Of a stretch of DNA of 64,000 nucleotides, positions 39,498 to 48,869 are shown one piece after another. The DNA is taken from the IMG/VR virus record IMGVR_UViG_3300025765_000001; one strand, written 5' to 3'. Position 1 is the stretch's first letter. The number at the start of each line of letters is the position of its first letter. Source of the DNA: a virus. Lineage: Duplodnaviria > Heunggongvirae > Uroviricota > Caudoviricetes. The translations under genes were made by a program, and so were the position numbers. The notes under the pieces are model-generated. The model searched no databases. It saw only the letters and a list, made by a program, of their open reading frames with translations, and was not told the origin of the DNA.

Positions 39498-40238
39498 CTA
39501 GACGGCTGTTCTTGTGATGAAGTCCCAGATTTCACGACCGATCTTGACCGGCGTGACATTCAGTTGGTTCGCCTCCTCACGAGCGGACTTCACCGCCTCG
39601 ATCAGTTGACGAACACGAGCCAACATCAGGTTTTTCTTTTGTACGGGAATCGCCCCGCTGAACTTGATCGTGGTCCATTCGCCGATCTTCACGTCTTCCG
39701 TGAAGACCTCGACCTGGGCTGGATGCTTGTCGGTCGCCTCGGCCTTGACGTGGTTCTTCATCACCTTCTTGGTCTTGTTGGAGGTCGAAGGCTCCGACTT
39801 GAAACACGCCGCCGCTTCATCCCACTTCCAGGTCTCGGCGAGGTCCAGCGTTGGTAGATGCGAAAGGAAGGTCTGGATGTCCACCAACTGCTTCTCAAGG
39901 AACATCAAATGCGTCACCGGCACCTGTTCCTTGATGACCTTGCCATCTACCTTGATGTCCGCCTTGGCTTCGCAGTTGGCATAATCCTGCGTAGCCGTGC
40001 AGTCAAGTAGATCGGTCATCACTTCCGAGAAGGCGTCGATGGCCTCCTTGAGGCTATATTGAATGTTTTTCTTCTCTGGCGGAAACGTCTCGCCGTCCTC
40101 GTTCAAAGGACGATACGTGCGGGTCAGGCCGTCGAACAGCGAGGCCTTCTGGATTTGCTTGTAGATCAAGTCCCGCTCCTTCTTCAAGCGAGACTTCTTC
40201 CCCGTCGTCACGGCTACTATCTGGCACAGCTTCGCCAT
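39498..40238 (-). CDS. conserved uncharacterised protein (recalled as DUF7873-like), candidate partner of the downstream RNA
   Basis: MAKL.QIVAV..G, G..RTY.P..EDGE..PPE, VPVT.L.FLEKQL, AEATDKHPAQV, FSGA.P, AVK.AREEAN. Confidence 0.8.
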   Translation of the reverse strand: MAKLCQIVAVTTGKKSRLKKERDLIYKQIQKASLFDGLTRTYRPLNEDGETFPPEKKNIQYSLKEAIDAFSEVMTDLLDCTATQDYANCEAKADIKVDGKVIKEQVPVTHLMFLEKQLVDIQTFLSHLPTLDLAETWKWDEAAACFKSEPSTSNKTKKVMKNHVKAEATDKHPAQVEVFTEDVKIGEWTTIKFSGAIPVQKKNLMLARVRQLIEAVKSAREEANQLNVTPVKIGREIWDFITRTAV

Positions 40239-40289
40239 TGTTCTACTCCGTTCAAGTCAAATGAGTCCTTCGCTCGATTACGAGAGCCA

Positions 40290-40317
40290 AGTCTACCTGA
40301 TTGAAAATCGGCGTCAA
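40290..40317 (-). promoter_or_regulatory. sigma70-type promoter
   Basis: TTGACG-16-TAGACT. Confidence 0.65.
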
Positions 40318-40348
40318 TAGCTTTTCCACCGAAACCAGAAATCAGAAA

Positions 40349-40840
40349 TCAATCTTTTCCAAATGGCACAGGCCCAGGTGCATCATATATCTCTGGAACC
40401 AAACGCCACTGATCTTCACCGATACGTCGATATACTAAAACCCCACCGTTTCTAATAGTCGGGGCCGAGTCTGACAAAAATTCGTGTTCGTATACGCTCT
40501 TCGCCTTCACACGAAACATGTTCGGCAAACTCTCCCCCATCGCCTGCTCCAACACATTCCAACGAAACATGATTTCCTCTTCACCCAGGTTCTCCACCCG
40601 GTAATAGTAGACAAACTTGTTTTTCGTTTTGTCAAAACGCACACGATGCACCGCCTTCACATGCGACGTTCCTAGAGAATTGCTGATTTCGTAATGCGTC
40701 GGATACAGCAGTGGGGCCATAGGCTTCTCAGCCAAGAATTGATAGTACATGACCGCACACACAAACGCAGCCGTCAATAGCCCGCAAATGGCAATTAGCA
40801 TTTTCCACAATCTACGATTTGGCTTCTGATTCGCTTTCAT
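40349..40840 (-). CDS. membrane-anchored hypothetical protein
   Basis: N-terminal TM; AGGAGG RBS. Confidence 0.7.
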   Translation of the reverse strand: MKANQKPNRRLWKMLIAICGLLTAAFVCAVMYYQFLAEKPMAPLLYPTHYEISNSLGTSHVKAVHRVRFDKTKNKFVYYYRVENLGEEEIMFRWNVLEQAMGESLPNMFRVKAKSVYEHEFLSDSAPTIRNGGVLVYRRIGEDQWRLVPEIYDAPGPVPFGKD

Positions 40841-40897
40841 CTCTTGCCCTCCTAGCGTATATAAAGCAACCCTATTTATCCAACAGAGGGAGAGATT

Positions 40898-41164
40898 ATG
40901 GCTATTACCGTACAGCAACACGGTGAATTCGTCCAAATTAACGAATCCAGAATTCGCCATCGAGACCTAATAAATTACATTGGCTCCGATAACGAAGGCT
41001 ACGGCGGCAAAGGCCGCTATACCCTCAAAGTAGTCTACAAAGCTACCGGCAACGAACTCTACCAACTCAAAGTCCCTGCCGAGTCCAAAAACGACCTAGC
41101 CAATGCCCTCGATGCATTTGATGAAATCATGCGGAAAGTCTCCCAGCCTAACCCGCAGACTTAG
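40898..41164 (+). CDS. hypothetical protein
   Basis: RBS + 88-aa ORF. Confidence 0.7.
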   Translation: MAITVQQHGEFVQINESRIRHRDLINYIGSDNEGYGGKGRYTLKVVYKATGNELYQLKVPAESKNDLANALDAFDEIMRKVSQPNPQT

Positions 41165-41290
41165 AATTTTTGAAACTTTTCTTGAACCGCAACTATAATA
41201 TATCGTATAGTTTCTATAGAAGGGCTAGACCCCGGTGGGGCTAGCCAACGACTGGATGTATATCACAACAGTTACAGAAAGGAGAATAAC

Positions 41291-41767
41291 ATGACCAGTC
41301 TAATTCGTCGTAACGACAAATTGTCTACGCTCCGAGAAGATATCTTCTGGCCGCTGGAGCAACATTTCAACAACTTCTTCAACGAATTCTTCAAAGGGTC
41401 CAGCCTTCTCGACGGCGTTAAAGCCAGTTCTGGCTATCCACGCATGGATGTGCTGGTAGAGGACGACTATCTAACCGTTAAAATTGCTGTGCCGGGACTC
41501 AGCAGAGATAATCTCAAGGTCGAAGTTCTTCCCGACCGCATTCTACGAATCAGCGGCCAAATGTCCGAAGAATACCACTCGTCCAAAGACGCCAAAATGT
41601 ATGTACAAGAACTCCGTAAAGGCCAGTTCTCTAGACAACTCGCTCTGCCTGATTGGGTAGAAGGCGATCCGCAAGCAAGTCTCAAAGACGGTATCTTGAA
41701 ACTCCAATGGAAGGTACAAGAACCAGCCAAAGAAGAAACGAAACTGATCGAAGTGAAGGCAGAATAA
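41291..41767 (+). CDS. small heat-shock protein (Hsp20/alpha-crystallin)
   Basis: YPRMDV, VPGL....L.V, E...G.FSR...LP, ASLKDGILKL. Confidence 0.92.
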   Translation: MTSLIRRNDKLSTLREDIFWPLEQHFNNFFNEFFKGSSLLDGVKASSGYPRMDVLVEDDYLTVKIAVPGLSRDNLKVEVLPDRILRISGQMSEEYHSSKDAKMYVQELRKGQFSRQLALPDWVEGDPQASLKDGILKLQWKVQEPAKEETKLIEVKAE

Positions 41768-41959
41768 CAAAAACGCCCGCCGCAAAGCGGCGGGCGTTTC
41801 TATATTACCCTATGAAACAAGACCACTCCATCGACATCGGCCTCGCCATCGTCTTCCTGCTCCTCGTCACTACATACCTAATCATGGAAGCCATCGCCCC
41901 AAGTAGCGGCCCACTCTGCTGCGGATCGCCAATTTGTAGATAACCCAACTACATATCTC

Positions 41960-42412
41960 ATGAACTTCAAACTGTGGCTCGAAGCTCGATCCAAATGGCT
42001 CCCCTTCGAGGAACTTAACCCAACACAACAAGCTGCCGTCCTCCAAAGCACCAAAGGACTCCTCCCCCTCCACTGGCTCTACGATACCGACCGCTGGCGG
42101 CAACATGTCACCGACTACGCCCAACAACCCCAAGCCACCTTCGAGTTCAACGTCCAAACTATACCAACCCAACAACTCATCGACCGCTTCGCCAAATGGG
42201 ATTGGACCGAAGATGTCCTAGATAAAAAAGATTGGCAGCGTATCAAGAAAATCATGAAACTCCCCCGCTGGCCCTACGTCTCCTTCCTCGCCCCTAACTT
42301 CAAAAGTATCGAAGAACCATTCTTTCACGGCGATGGCTATCACAGAGTTTGGGCTGCTTATTTTAATAAGGAGCCAAGCATAGAAATCATCTACATCAGG
42401 AAAAAGAAATGA
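41960..42412 (+). CDS. CTS-like N-terminus, ParB/Srx-like C-terminal motif
   Basis: MNFKLWLEAR; DGYHRVWAA. Confidence 0.7.
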   Translation: MNFKLWLEARSKWLPFEELNPTQQAAVLQSTKGLLPLHWLYDTDRWRQHVTDYAQQPQATFEFNVQTIPTQQLIDRFAKWDWTEDVLDKKDWQRIKKIMKLPRWPYVSFLAPNFKSIEEPFFHGDGYHRVWAAYFNKEPSIEIIYIRKKK

Positions 42413-43029
42413 ACGATAAAGTCAAACAACGCCACGAACTACGCCCCGCCAGCCGCTACACCCCAGATGTCAAATCCTGCCGAGGCTCCATTCCCGGTAT
42501 CGCTAACGGTTGGTGCCATACCCTCGATGCCGCCGAATACCAACGCCTAGCTTCCCTAGTCTCTAACGGCAATATCATCGAAATCGGTTCCTACGAGGGC
42601 CTCTCCCTCTACCATATCAAAGATATCTGTAAAGCTAATAACGCCAAACTCTATTGCGTCGATTTCATCGCTTGGCCCAAATTAGTAGAAAATTGCGAAG
42701 CCTGGGGCATCCCTTTTATTAACAAGCCCTCCGTGGATGCCGCCCTCGATTTCCCCGACGACTTCTTCGATCTAGTCTATATCGACGCCGATCATCATAA
42801 GTCGGAGTGTGCCTGGGATATCTGGGCTTGGCTGCCGAAACTCAAAAAGACCGGAACCATCTGCGGCCACGATTTTGATAACAAGAATGTCCGCAGGGCA
42901 CTCAAGTACGTCTTCGGCACCATAGAACCGGATGTGATAAACGTAGGAGGGTTCGTGTGGTCGGTCACTAATCCACACGAAAAAGTGAAATGCTGGCCCG
43001 AACAGGCCAAGTATAATGATGCAAAGTGA
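42409..43029 (+). CDS. class I SAM-dependent methyltransferase (Methyltransf_24-like)
   Basis: IEIGSYEGLS, FDLVYIDADH, PKLKKTG.I.GHD. Confidence 0.88.
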   Translation: MNDKVKQRHELRPASRYTPDVKSCRGSIPGIANGWCHTLDAAEYQRLASLVSNGNIIEIGSYEGLSLYHIKDICKANNAKLYCVDFIAWPKLVENCEAWGIPFINKPSVDAALDFPDDFFDLVYIDADHHKSECAWDIWAWLPKLKKTGTICGHDFDNKNVRRALKYVFGTIEPDVINVGGFVWSVTNPHEKVKCWPEQAKYNDAK

Positions 43030-43069
43030 AATGCAGACGCCCCGCCGCAAAGCGGCGGGGCGTCCTTCC

Positions 43070-43502
43070 TTAGTCCAATACTAGTTTGTAGAAGGCGACT
43101 CCTATCACACAAACCACCGCCAAAGCAACCAACCCGCCAACCAGTCCCACGGCCATTGCCCTCGTCGGCAAATCCGGCTTGTATTGTACCTGCCGGGGTG
43201 GTAACGGCGGTTGATAGTTGGAATAGTTCCGAGAATCGTCCTGCCGCCAGCGTTCGTGAACTACCACTACCCTAAAGGGTAGCGTCAGCCGACTGATAGT
43301 TCAGCCGGATCGTATCTGAGTCCGTGGGTTTTGCGGATGGTGTTTTGTCCTATTTGACCAAGTGTTACTCTGCTTCAAAAGGACTGAGTTTTTCGAGGCG
43401 ATCTTTAGTCCATCGCCTTCATCCCCTCCCCTAAAGGGCTTTTGGCTCCGAAGAATGGTAAAGTTGCTCCCGTTCTTCCCAGATCGTCATCTGACCCTTC
43501 AT
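43070..43502 (-). pseudogene. small membrane protein gene interrupted by IS605-type MITE
   Basis: removing 43256-43457 restores MKGQMTIWEEREQLY|ERWRQDD...TM. Confidence 0.75.
43256..43457 (-). mobile_element. 202-bp non-autonomous IS200/IS605-family element
   Basis: inserted 3' of TTAC, ends ...GGTAGTTCAC, CCCTTTAGGG subterminal hairpins at both ends, no TSD. Confidence 0.75.
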
Positions 43503-43667
43503 TGGTGTTGCTAGGACAAGCACGCCGCCGTAGGCGGCGTGCTATTTCAGTGTGCGATAGCTCGTGCTATTTGATCATCATCTGACCCTTCATTGATGTT
43601 GCTAGGACAAGCACGCCGCCTACGGCGGCGTGCTATTTCAGTGTGCGATAGCTCGTGCTATTTGATC
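43482..43667. repeat. 91-bp tandem duplication containing a hairpin
   Basis: two near-identical copies; hairpin loop GTA vs TAC. Confidence 0.9.
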
Positions 43668-43925
43668 GTAGCTCCAGTTCTCCATGACGGCCTGTAGAAA
43701 TAGGTCAGGATGCTCCCGAATAGCGTTGACCCACGCCAAAGCGAAGAAACACTTGTGTGCTTCTACCCGTTCATGCGTAGCGAACTGAGACACAGTGCCG
43801 CCACGCTTCACGAATGTTAGCACCCTGTGACCGCCTTCTAGCAAAATGTCCGCTACAGTCGCTTCATATGCTTGTGAGCATTGAACAGGAGTTTTGTCGC
43901 CAATGGCTTTGACGTTGCCTAGCAT
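43638..43925 (-). CDS. hypothetical protein
   Basis: 95-aa ORF. Confidence 0.6.
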   Translation of the reverse strand: MLGNVKAIGDKTPVQCSQAYEATVADILLEGGHRVLTFVKRGGTVSQFATHERVEAHKCFFALAWVNAIREHPDLFLQAVMENWSYDQIARAIAH

Positions 43926-43928
43926 GGT

Positions 43929-45044
43929 TTATCTCCATAGGAAAAGTTGCGGGTAGGTCTTAGCAAATATGTAGAACCCGTAGAGAATTCCAGCAAGGCC
44001 CAGCATGGACCAAGCCCAGCCAGCACTCTTCCAGGGAATTTCGTAATACCTTTCCAGCAGCCAGATGTAGAAGAACGTCCCGGCTACACCCAGCAGCGTT
44101 GGCAACTGGAAAACTGAGCCGAGATAGATGGCAGCAATGCCGGAAAGTATGGCTAATAGCGTTGTAGCAATGTAAGCGGAATCGTTTTGGTAACAGTACC
44201 ATTTGTTGGCAACGATCAGCAGACCCAAGAAGTAGATGAAACAACCGATAAATACGAAGCTCGCCTTGAACGTCTGGTAGTGCGGAAAAGCGAAGTTACC
44301 GATCTCCATCACAAGGTAAACTACCAGCATTGTGAGAGCGGCAAACATGGTTCGTGGGATATAAGCATCCTTCTCGAAGCCGATGCCTATACAACCTGGG
44401 ATCATGAAAGCTGAAAACCCCAGATAGACCATCAAAGCGAGAACGCTGATGAAGCCGAGTACTTGACTGCCATAGAAAATGGCGGCGGCTGCCCAGGCCA
44501 CGGCGATAGTCAAAAAGGAGACGCTGCTGGTCAGTTCTAGTTCACGGCGAGTGATGGAGTAAGCGAGAACGCCGTAAAGTGCCAGACACGCTGGGAATGC
44601 GACAAGCATTTGCCAGTCTTCACCCATGAAGAACTTCGGCAAAATTATTCCGGCTGCCACACCAGCGTACATAAGAAATTCGAGGATCGGGGGCGGAATT
44701 GCCAAGACAAGTTCGAGTATGTAGATGCCGAAAAGCCAGCAGATGGCGATTGTCATAAAGATGCCAGCCGTGACCCAAAGGATGTTGGCGAAAGTGACAA
44801 AGCCGACGAGCTTATCCCACATGCTGGGTGGGGTTTCGCTCAGTTGCATGAACTCATCGACCGTGACTTTTTTGCCGATGATCTCTTGTGCTCTTTTTTC
44901 GAGGGGAGCTATAGTTTCGGGTGGGATATAGCCACGCTGTTCTAGCCTGCGGAATGCTTCAACGTCTTTGCGAATCTCCTGCATCTCAGGCGAGGGTGTT
45001 TGCCCTATGAGTGCGGCGGTCAGCAATAATGCGGTTGCGTTCAT
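43929..45044 (-). CDS. multi-pass membrane protein
   Basis: signal-like N-terminus + ~10 hydrophobic segments. Confidence 0.85.
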   Translation of the reverse strand: MNATALLLTAALIGQTPSPEMQEIRKDVEAFRRLEQRGYIPPETIAPLEKRAQEIIGKKVTVDEFMQLSETPPSMWDKLVGFVTFANILWVTAGIFMTIAICWLFGIYILELVLAIPPPILEFLMYAGVAAGIILPKFFMGEDWQMLVAFPACLALYGVLAYSITRRELELTSSVSFLTIAVAWAAAAIFYGSQVLGFISVLALMVYLGFSAFMIPGCIGIGFEKDAYIPRTMFAALTMLVVYLVMEIGNFAFPHYQTFKASFVFIGCFIYFLGLLIVANKWYCYQNDSAYIATTLLAILSGIAAIYLGSVFQLPTLLGVAGTFFYIWLLERYYEIPWKSAGWAWSMLGLAGILYGFYIFAKTYPQLFLWR

Positions 45045-45099
45045 GGCGTGTCTCTTAAATGGTGTGAATCAAAGGAGTCTACGTTTTATTCTTCCTAAA

Positions 45100-45810
45100 T
45101 CATTGCATGTTCTCCAAAAAGCATCGTATGTTGTCACGAGCCTTAGCCTCGAAGTTCTCACGGAAATACGGTGTGCGGTAGATGGTTGGCTTGTCAGCCA
45201 TTTTCTTTATGAAGACCGCACGGCCCTTCTTGAAGTCTTTATCGGAAATGTGGGCAAATTCCTGGCGAACTAACTCGCCCATGCACAGGAACGTGTCGTA
45301 GTCGGCTGAGAAACTCCAGATGTCCAAATCTAGAATTTGCTCATCTGTGCTGGGGTAGGGCATGGCTGAGTCGTGAAACGCCGTCGCCATGATAAACCGA
45401 CGTACTTCTAGAGCGGACTCACTTTTCAACCAGGGTGTCAGCAATGCGGCAGCGAAATCCGCACTCTGCGTTTCGTTAAAGCCGAACGGTGCATTGGGCA
45501 AGTAGATGGCGTCGTGAAACCACAGAGCTAGATGCTGCGTGTTGCTCAGGGGCGGTGGGTTGTCGGCATTCTGATAGAATTGATGAATGCCCAGGATATG
45601 AACGGGCGTGTGATAGTGCAAGCTGCTATCGCCCATGCGGAATAGCAGACTGAAGGCGATGGCCTCTGCGGTACTGAGTGGAACATCAAACGATTCGCAG
45701 AGCAACCCCACTAGGTTGTTCACAAAATCGTCTTGTGTCGCATTACGTTCGTACTGCGAGGCAGTAGCCAGATCGAAGCATGTTGTGTAAGAGAGGTTGA
45801 AATCGTACAT
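45100..45810 (-). CDS. HD-superfamily metal-dependent phosphohydrolase (COG4339-like)
   Basis: YHT..HI, WFHDAIY, E..SA, LD.D, VRQEF, GR..F, AR.NI. Confidence 0.85.
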   Translation of the reverse strand: MYDFNLSYTTCFDLATASQYERNATQDDFVNNLVGLLCESFDVPLSTAEAIAFSLLFRMGDSSLHYHTPVHILGIHQFYQNADNPPPLSNTQHLALWFHDAIYLPNAPFGFNETQSADFAAALLTPWLKSESALEVRRFIMATAFHDSAMPYPSTDEQILDLDIWSFSADYDTFLCMGELVRQEFAHISDKDFKKGRAVFIKKMADKPTIYRTPYFRENFEAKARDNIRCFLENMQ

Positions 45811-46003
45811 ATTACATCGGCTGTGACCAGTCCCATAATTGTTCTTTTTGCTCCCGGTCGCACTTGCTACAGTGCGTGCTCTCCAGAGGCTCGTCACACC
45901 TTGGGCATTTGCGGATTTCCTTGGGTATCCTAACCTCTTTCGGCTTCTTGTCAAGGTATTCTATTAGCCGTTCCATAGTCCGTTACCCCTTTAGGAAACT
46001 ACG

Positions 46004-46459
46004 TTAGTTAGGCACCTTTGGGTAGACCGGGTAGGCAAACTGTTTCCAATAGTTTCGGCTTCTGACATCAACTTCTTTTTCGGCTTCTAGCCAGAAGTTC
46101 TTGCCGTCGCCTTCTGGTCTACCGGCTTGTTCCCATTTTTGATAGGCAAGTTCTCTGATTTCTGCCTCCTTGCACGCTTTCAGTTCCAGCGTGGGCTGGC
46201 AGAGGTTTAGAGGCGGCAATGGTGGAAGGACTATGTTTTCCGGTATCTTGATCTTACAGGGAATGTCTGGGGGCACTGGAAGACTAAAAACTTCAGGCAC
46301 AGGCTCCGGTATTTTATCAAGGATGATCTGCGGCATTCCTTCCGGAGGCAGCGTAATAGGAATCTGTTGAGGCGGATCGACCTTTTTCTCTTTCTTGCCG
46401 AAAAGTAGTTTGTTGAGGGCACAAATGCTGTTGGCTAGTTCCCTGGTTAAATCACCCAT
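46004..46459 (-). CDS. Pro-rich protein with DUF2934 domain
   Basis: IRELAYQKWEQAGRPEGDG..FWLEAE. Confidence 0.8.
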   Translation of the reverse strand: MGDLTRELANSICALNKLLFGKKEKKVDPPQQIPITLPPEGMPQIILDKIPEPVPEVFSLPVPPDIPCKIKIPENIVLPPLPPLNLCQPTLELKACKEAEIRELAYQKWEQAGRPEGDGKNFWLEAEKEVDVRSRNYWKQFAYPVYPKVPN

Positions 46460-47526
46460 AGTATTTCCTCTCTTGCTCTAGATGCTGCCGTATAGGTCCA
46501 GCGTTTGTGGTCCCATTTCGAGCAAAATTGCTCAAATACCATGATCCTGTTCCACTCATCTCCCTGTGATTTGTGGCAGGTAATGGCATCAGCGAAGTCA
46601 AACGGGTCCGGGTCATCATGGTTCGGTGAGAAGTCGTACTTCTCTTTGTTGAACTGCGAGGGATCGTAGAACACCTGATAGGCGTTACCATCCGACAGGA
46701 ACTCCATTTTAGGAGACCCGAATCTAGAATTGGCAACCCATTCAACCGTGCCCTGCATCCCGTTGAAGAGGCCCTTCATGCGGTTGTTCCGCAGACACAT
46801 GACCTTATCACCGACTTGCGGCTCGTCGCCTTTGAATCCCTTGACCTCTCGAACCTGGAAGTTCAACCCAACCCTGGTTTTGTTGAATGCACAGATGATT
46901 TGGTCCACCGACGCCATATGGGGTATTGCTTGGCGGTTCGTTAGGAATTTTATCTTGCCCTCGTACTCCGGTTGCTTCTTGAAATCGAGGGTGGGTTTCC
47001 CCATTCGCAACCACTCGGCAAAGTGAGCGATCTCGCCAGCGTTTCGGTGAATCTGCTCTAACTTATAGTCAGGATTTTGCATCAGGAATACGTCCTGACC
47101 CACCGGCTCTAGTTGGCCGTGATCGCCGACGAAAATGATCGGTCTACAGAAAGAGAGTAGGTCTTGGTGGATTTCCTTTGAGACCATTGAAGCTTCATCC
47201 ACGATGAAGCCTTCGCAGAGTAGATCGCTGGGATGCTTGAGTACCCAAACGGTCCTGCCGCCGTAATCGACGGCCTTGTAGATTAGGCTATGTATAGTTT
47301 GAGCGGAGGGGAGGCCCTTCTTGCGAAGGATATTGGCCGCTTTACCGGTAAAAGCACAGACGGCGAAATTGGGCAGCAACCTTGATAGATGACTGATAAC
47401 AGTCGTCTTACCGGTGCCTGCATAACCGCCGAGTGTCTGCACTCGCTTGTTGAACTTCAGAAGCGAGTGGAGAACCTGTTTTTGTTCGCCGGTCAATTCT
47501 ACAGAGACACTATCAAGGGTATCCAT
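46447..47526 (-). CDS. RecD/Dda-like SF1B DNA helicase
   Basis: GYAGTGKT, TIHSLIY, VDEASMV, GDHGQLEPV, AITCHKSQG.EW, YTAASRA. Confidence 0.92.
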   Translation of the reverse strand: MDTLDSVSVELTGEQKQVLHSLLKFNKRVQTLGGYAGTGKTTVISHLSRLLPNFAVCAFTGKAANILRKKGLPSAQTIHSLIYKAVDYGGRTVWVLKHPSDLLCEGFIVDEASMVSKEIHQDLLSFCRPIIFVGDHGQLEPVGQDVFLMQNPDYKLEQIHRNAGEIAHFAEWLRMGKPTLDFKKQPEYEGKIKFLTNRQAIPHMASVDQIICAFNKTRVGLNFQVREVKGFKGDEPQVGDKVMCLRNNRMKGLFNGMQGTVEWVANSRFGSPKMEFLSDGNAYQVFYDPSQFNKEKYDFSPNHDDPDPFDFADAITCHKSQGDEWNRIMVFEQFCSKWDHKRWTYTAASRAREEILWVI

Positions 47527-47556
47527 CAGCTTCCTCTCTATTCAAGAGGGTCTACC

Positions 47557-48180
47557 TTAACCGAAACCAAAAGTCATGTCTACTGTAATTTTGGTCGTGA
47601 AGAATGGAACCTTAATGTGATTTGCTAGTTTATGCTTCTTGACTTCGGCGGCTGGCAAGAACCAGTCAGCGTGTTTCTTGCTATCAACTATCTTTAAGAA
47701 GTAGTCTGAGTCTTGATGGCCGCAGTTCTTCGCCATCTTGTGAAAGATATACGTGTTGAGACGATCTGCTTCCTTGGTCCTAGCCTTCATTTCCTCGATT
47801 TTGCCAAATTCCATCGAGCTTACTTCATGGATCATCACTGTGGCGTTGGCATCGATGTAACGATGTCCTTCGGTGCCACAGGAGAAGAGGACTGATCCGC
47901 AACTCATAGCTTTGCCAACTGCTATAGTTGCTACAGGTAATTTGGCGTTTTCTATATCTGCAATCATGGCAAGCAAACTGTAGACTTGCCCGCCATAGGA
48001 ATCGATGACTACAGGAATAATTGGCTGTCCTGTGTTGTGGGCTTTTGCCATAGCAACGGAAAACTCTTCTGCCGCCTTCTCGTTAAACTCCTTTACACGA
48101 ACGACAACTGGCTCAGCTATAAGCTCTTCATGCTTCGACCGTATTTTGGGGTCTACCTTTAGGTGATGTTTCATTATCAT
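47557..48180 (-). CDS. clpP: ClpP-family protease
   Basis: IDSYGG.V, G.AMSCGS (Ser), MIHEVS (His), DWF. Confidence 0.88.
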   Translation of the reverse strand: MIMKHHLKVDPKIRSKHEELIAEPVVVRVKEFNEKAAEEFSVAMAKAHNTGQPIIPVVIDSYGGQVYSLLAMIADIENAKLPVATIAVGKAMSCGSVLFSCGTEGHRYIDANATVMIHEVSSMEFGKIEEMKARTKEADRLNTYIFHKMAKNCGHQDSDYFLKIVDSKKHADWFLPAAEVKKHKLANHIKVPFFTTKITVDMTFGFG

Positions 48181-48826
48181 AGCCTTTATCGCACACGAAG
48201 TCGTGCCTCCCCATCCATATCAATTTAGGTCCATCTAGATAAGTCACACTGGTCTTTGGAAGGTAGTGCTTCCATTCTGGATGTTTCTCTACGTCGCAAC
48301 CGTAGCACGCACGTACTAGATTTGCGATTAGATTGCAGTGTGACACGATTATACTCCTACTAAACAGATTCCTCAAGACAGATTTCACCCGATTGAGGAA
48401 ATCGTGTTCCGACTCATCGGGCACGACATCCATCAAGTCGTAGTTTACCTCGAAATCTATGTTAAGGAACTTTGAAAACACTTCGGCAGTTTCTACACAC
48501 CGTCTAGCTGGACTACAAACACCTTGGAAGGTATTTATTTCTCGAATCTGTTGTTTAATGAAAAAGGCCGCACGTTCTGAATGTATGCGGCCTTCGTCGT
48601 TGATTCCTGGGTCTTCTTCGTTGTCAATCTCGGAGTGCCTGAAGCAGATCAGCTTCTTGGCATAGAACTCGATTTCGTCTGACATGAACTTACCAGTGAT
48701 AGGGTCGAGGAATCCAGAGATCAACTCGTTGCGTTCGGTGTCAGACAGTTTGCCAAACGCTTCACCGTGATGAATCCCTGTTACCACTCTACCCGCTGCT
48801 GTGTAGAGAGCGGCAACGTACTGCAT
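48128..48826 (-). CDS. histidine phosphatase superfamily protein
   Basis: FRHS, SPARRC.ETA, IVSH. Confidence 0.8.
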   Translation of the reverse strand: MQYVAALYTAAGRVVTGIHHGEAFGKLSDTERNELISGFLDPITGKFMSDEIEFYAKKLICFRHSEIDNEEDPGINDEGRIHSERAAFFIKQQIREINTFQGVCSPARRCVETAEVFSKFLNIDFEVNYDLMDVVPDESEHDFLNRVKSVLRNLFSRSIIVSHCNLIANLVRACYGCDVEKHPEWKHYLPKTSVTYLDGPKLIWMGRHDFVCDKGYDNETSPKGRPQNTVEA

Positions 48827-48869
48827 GATTCCCTCCTTTTGTTACTATAGATTCTTACTAGTAACAAAA

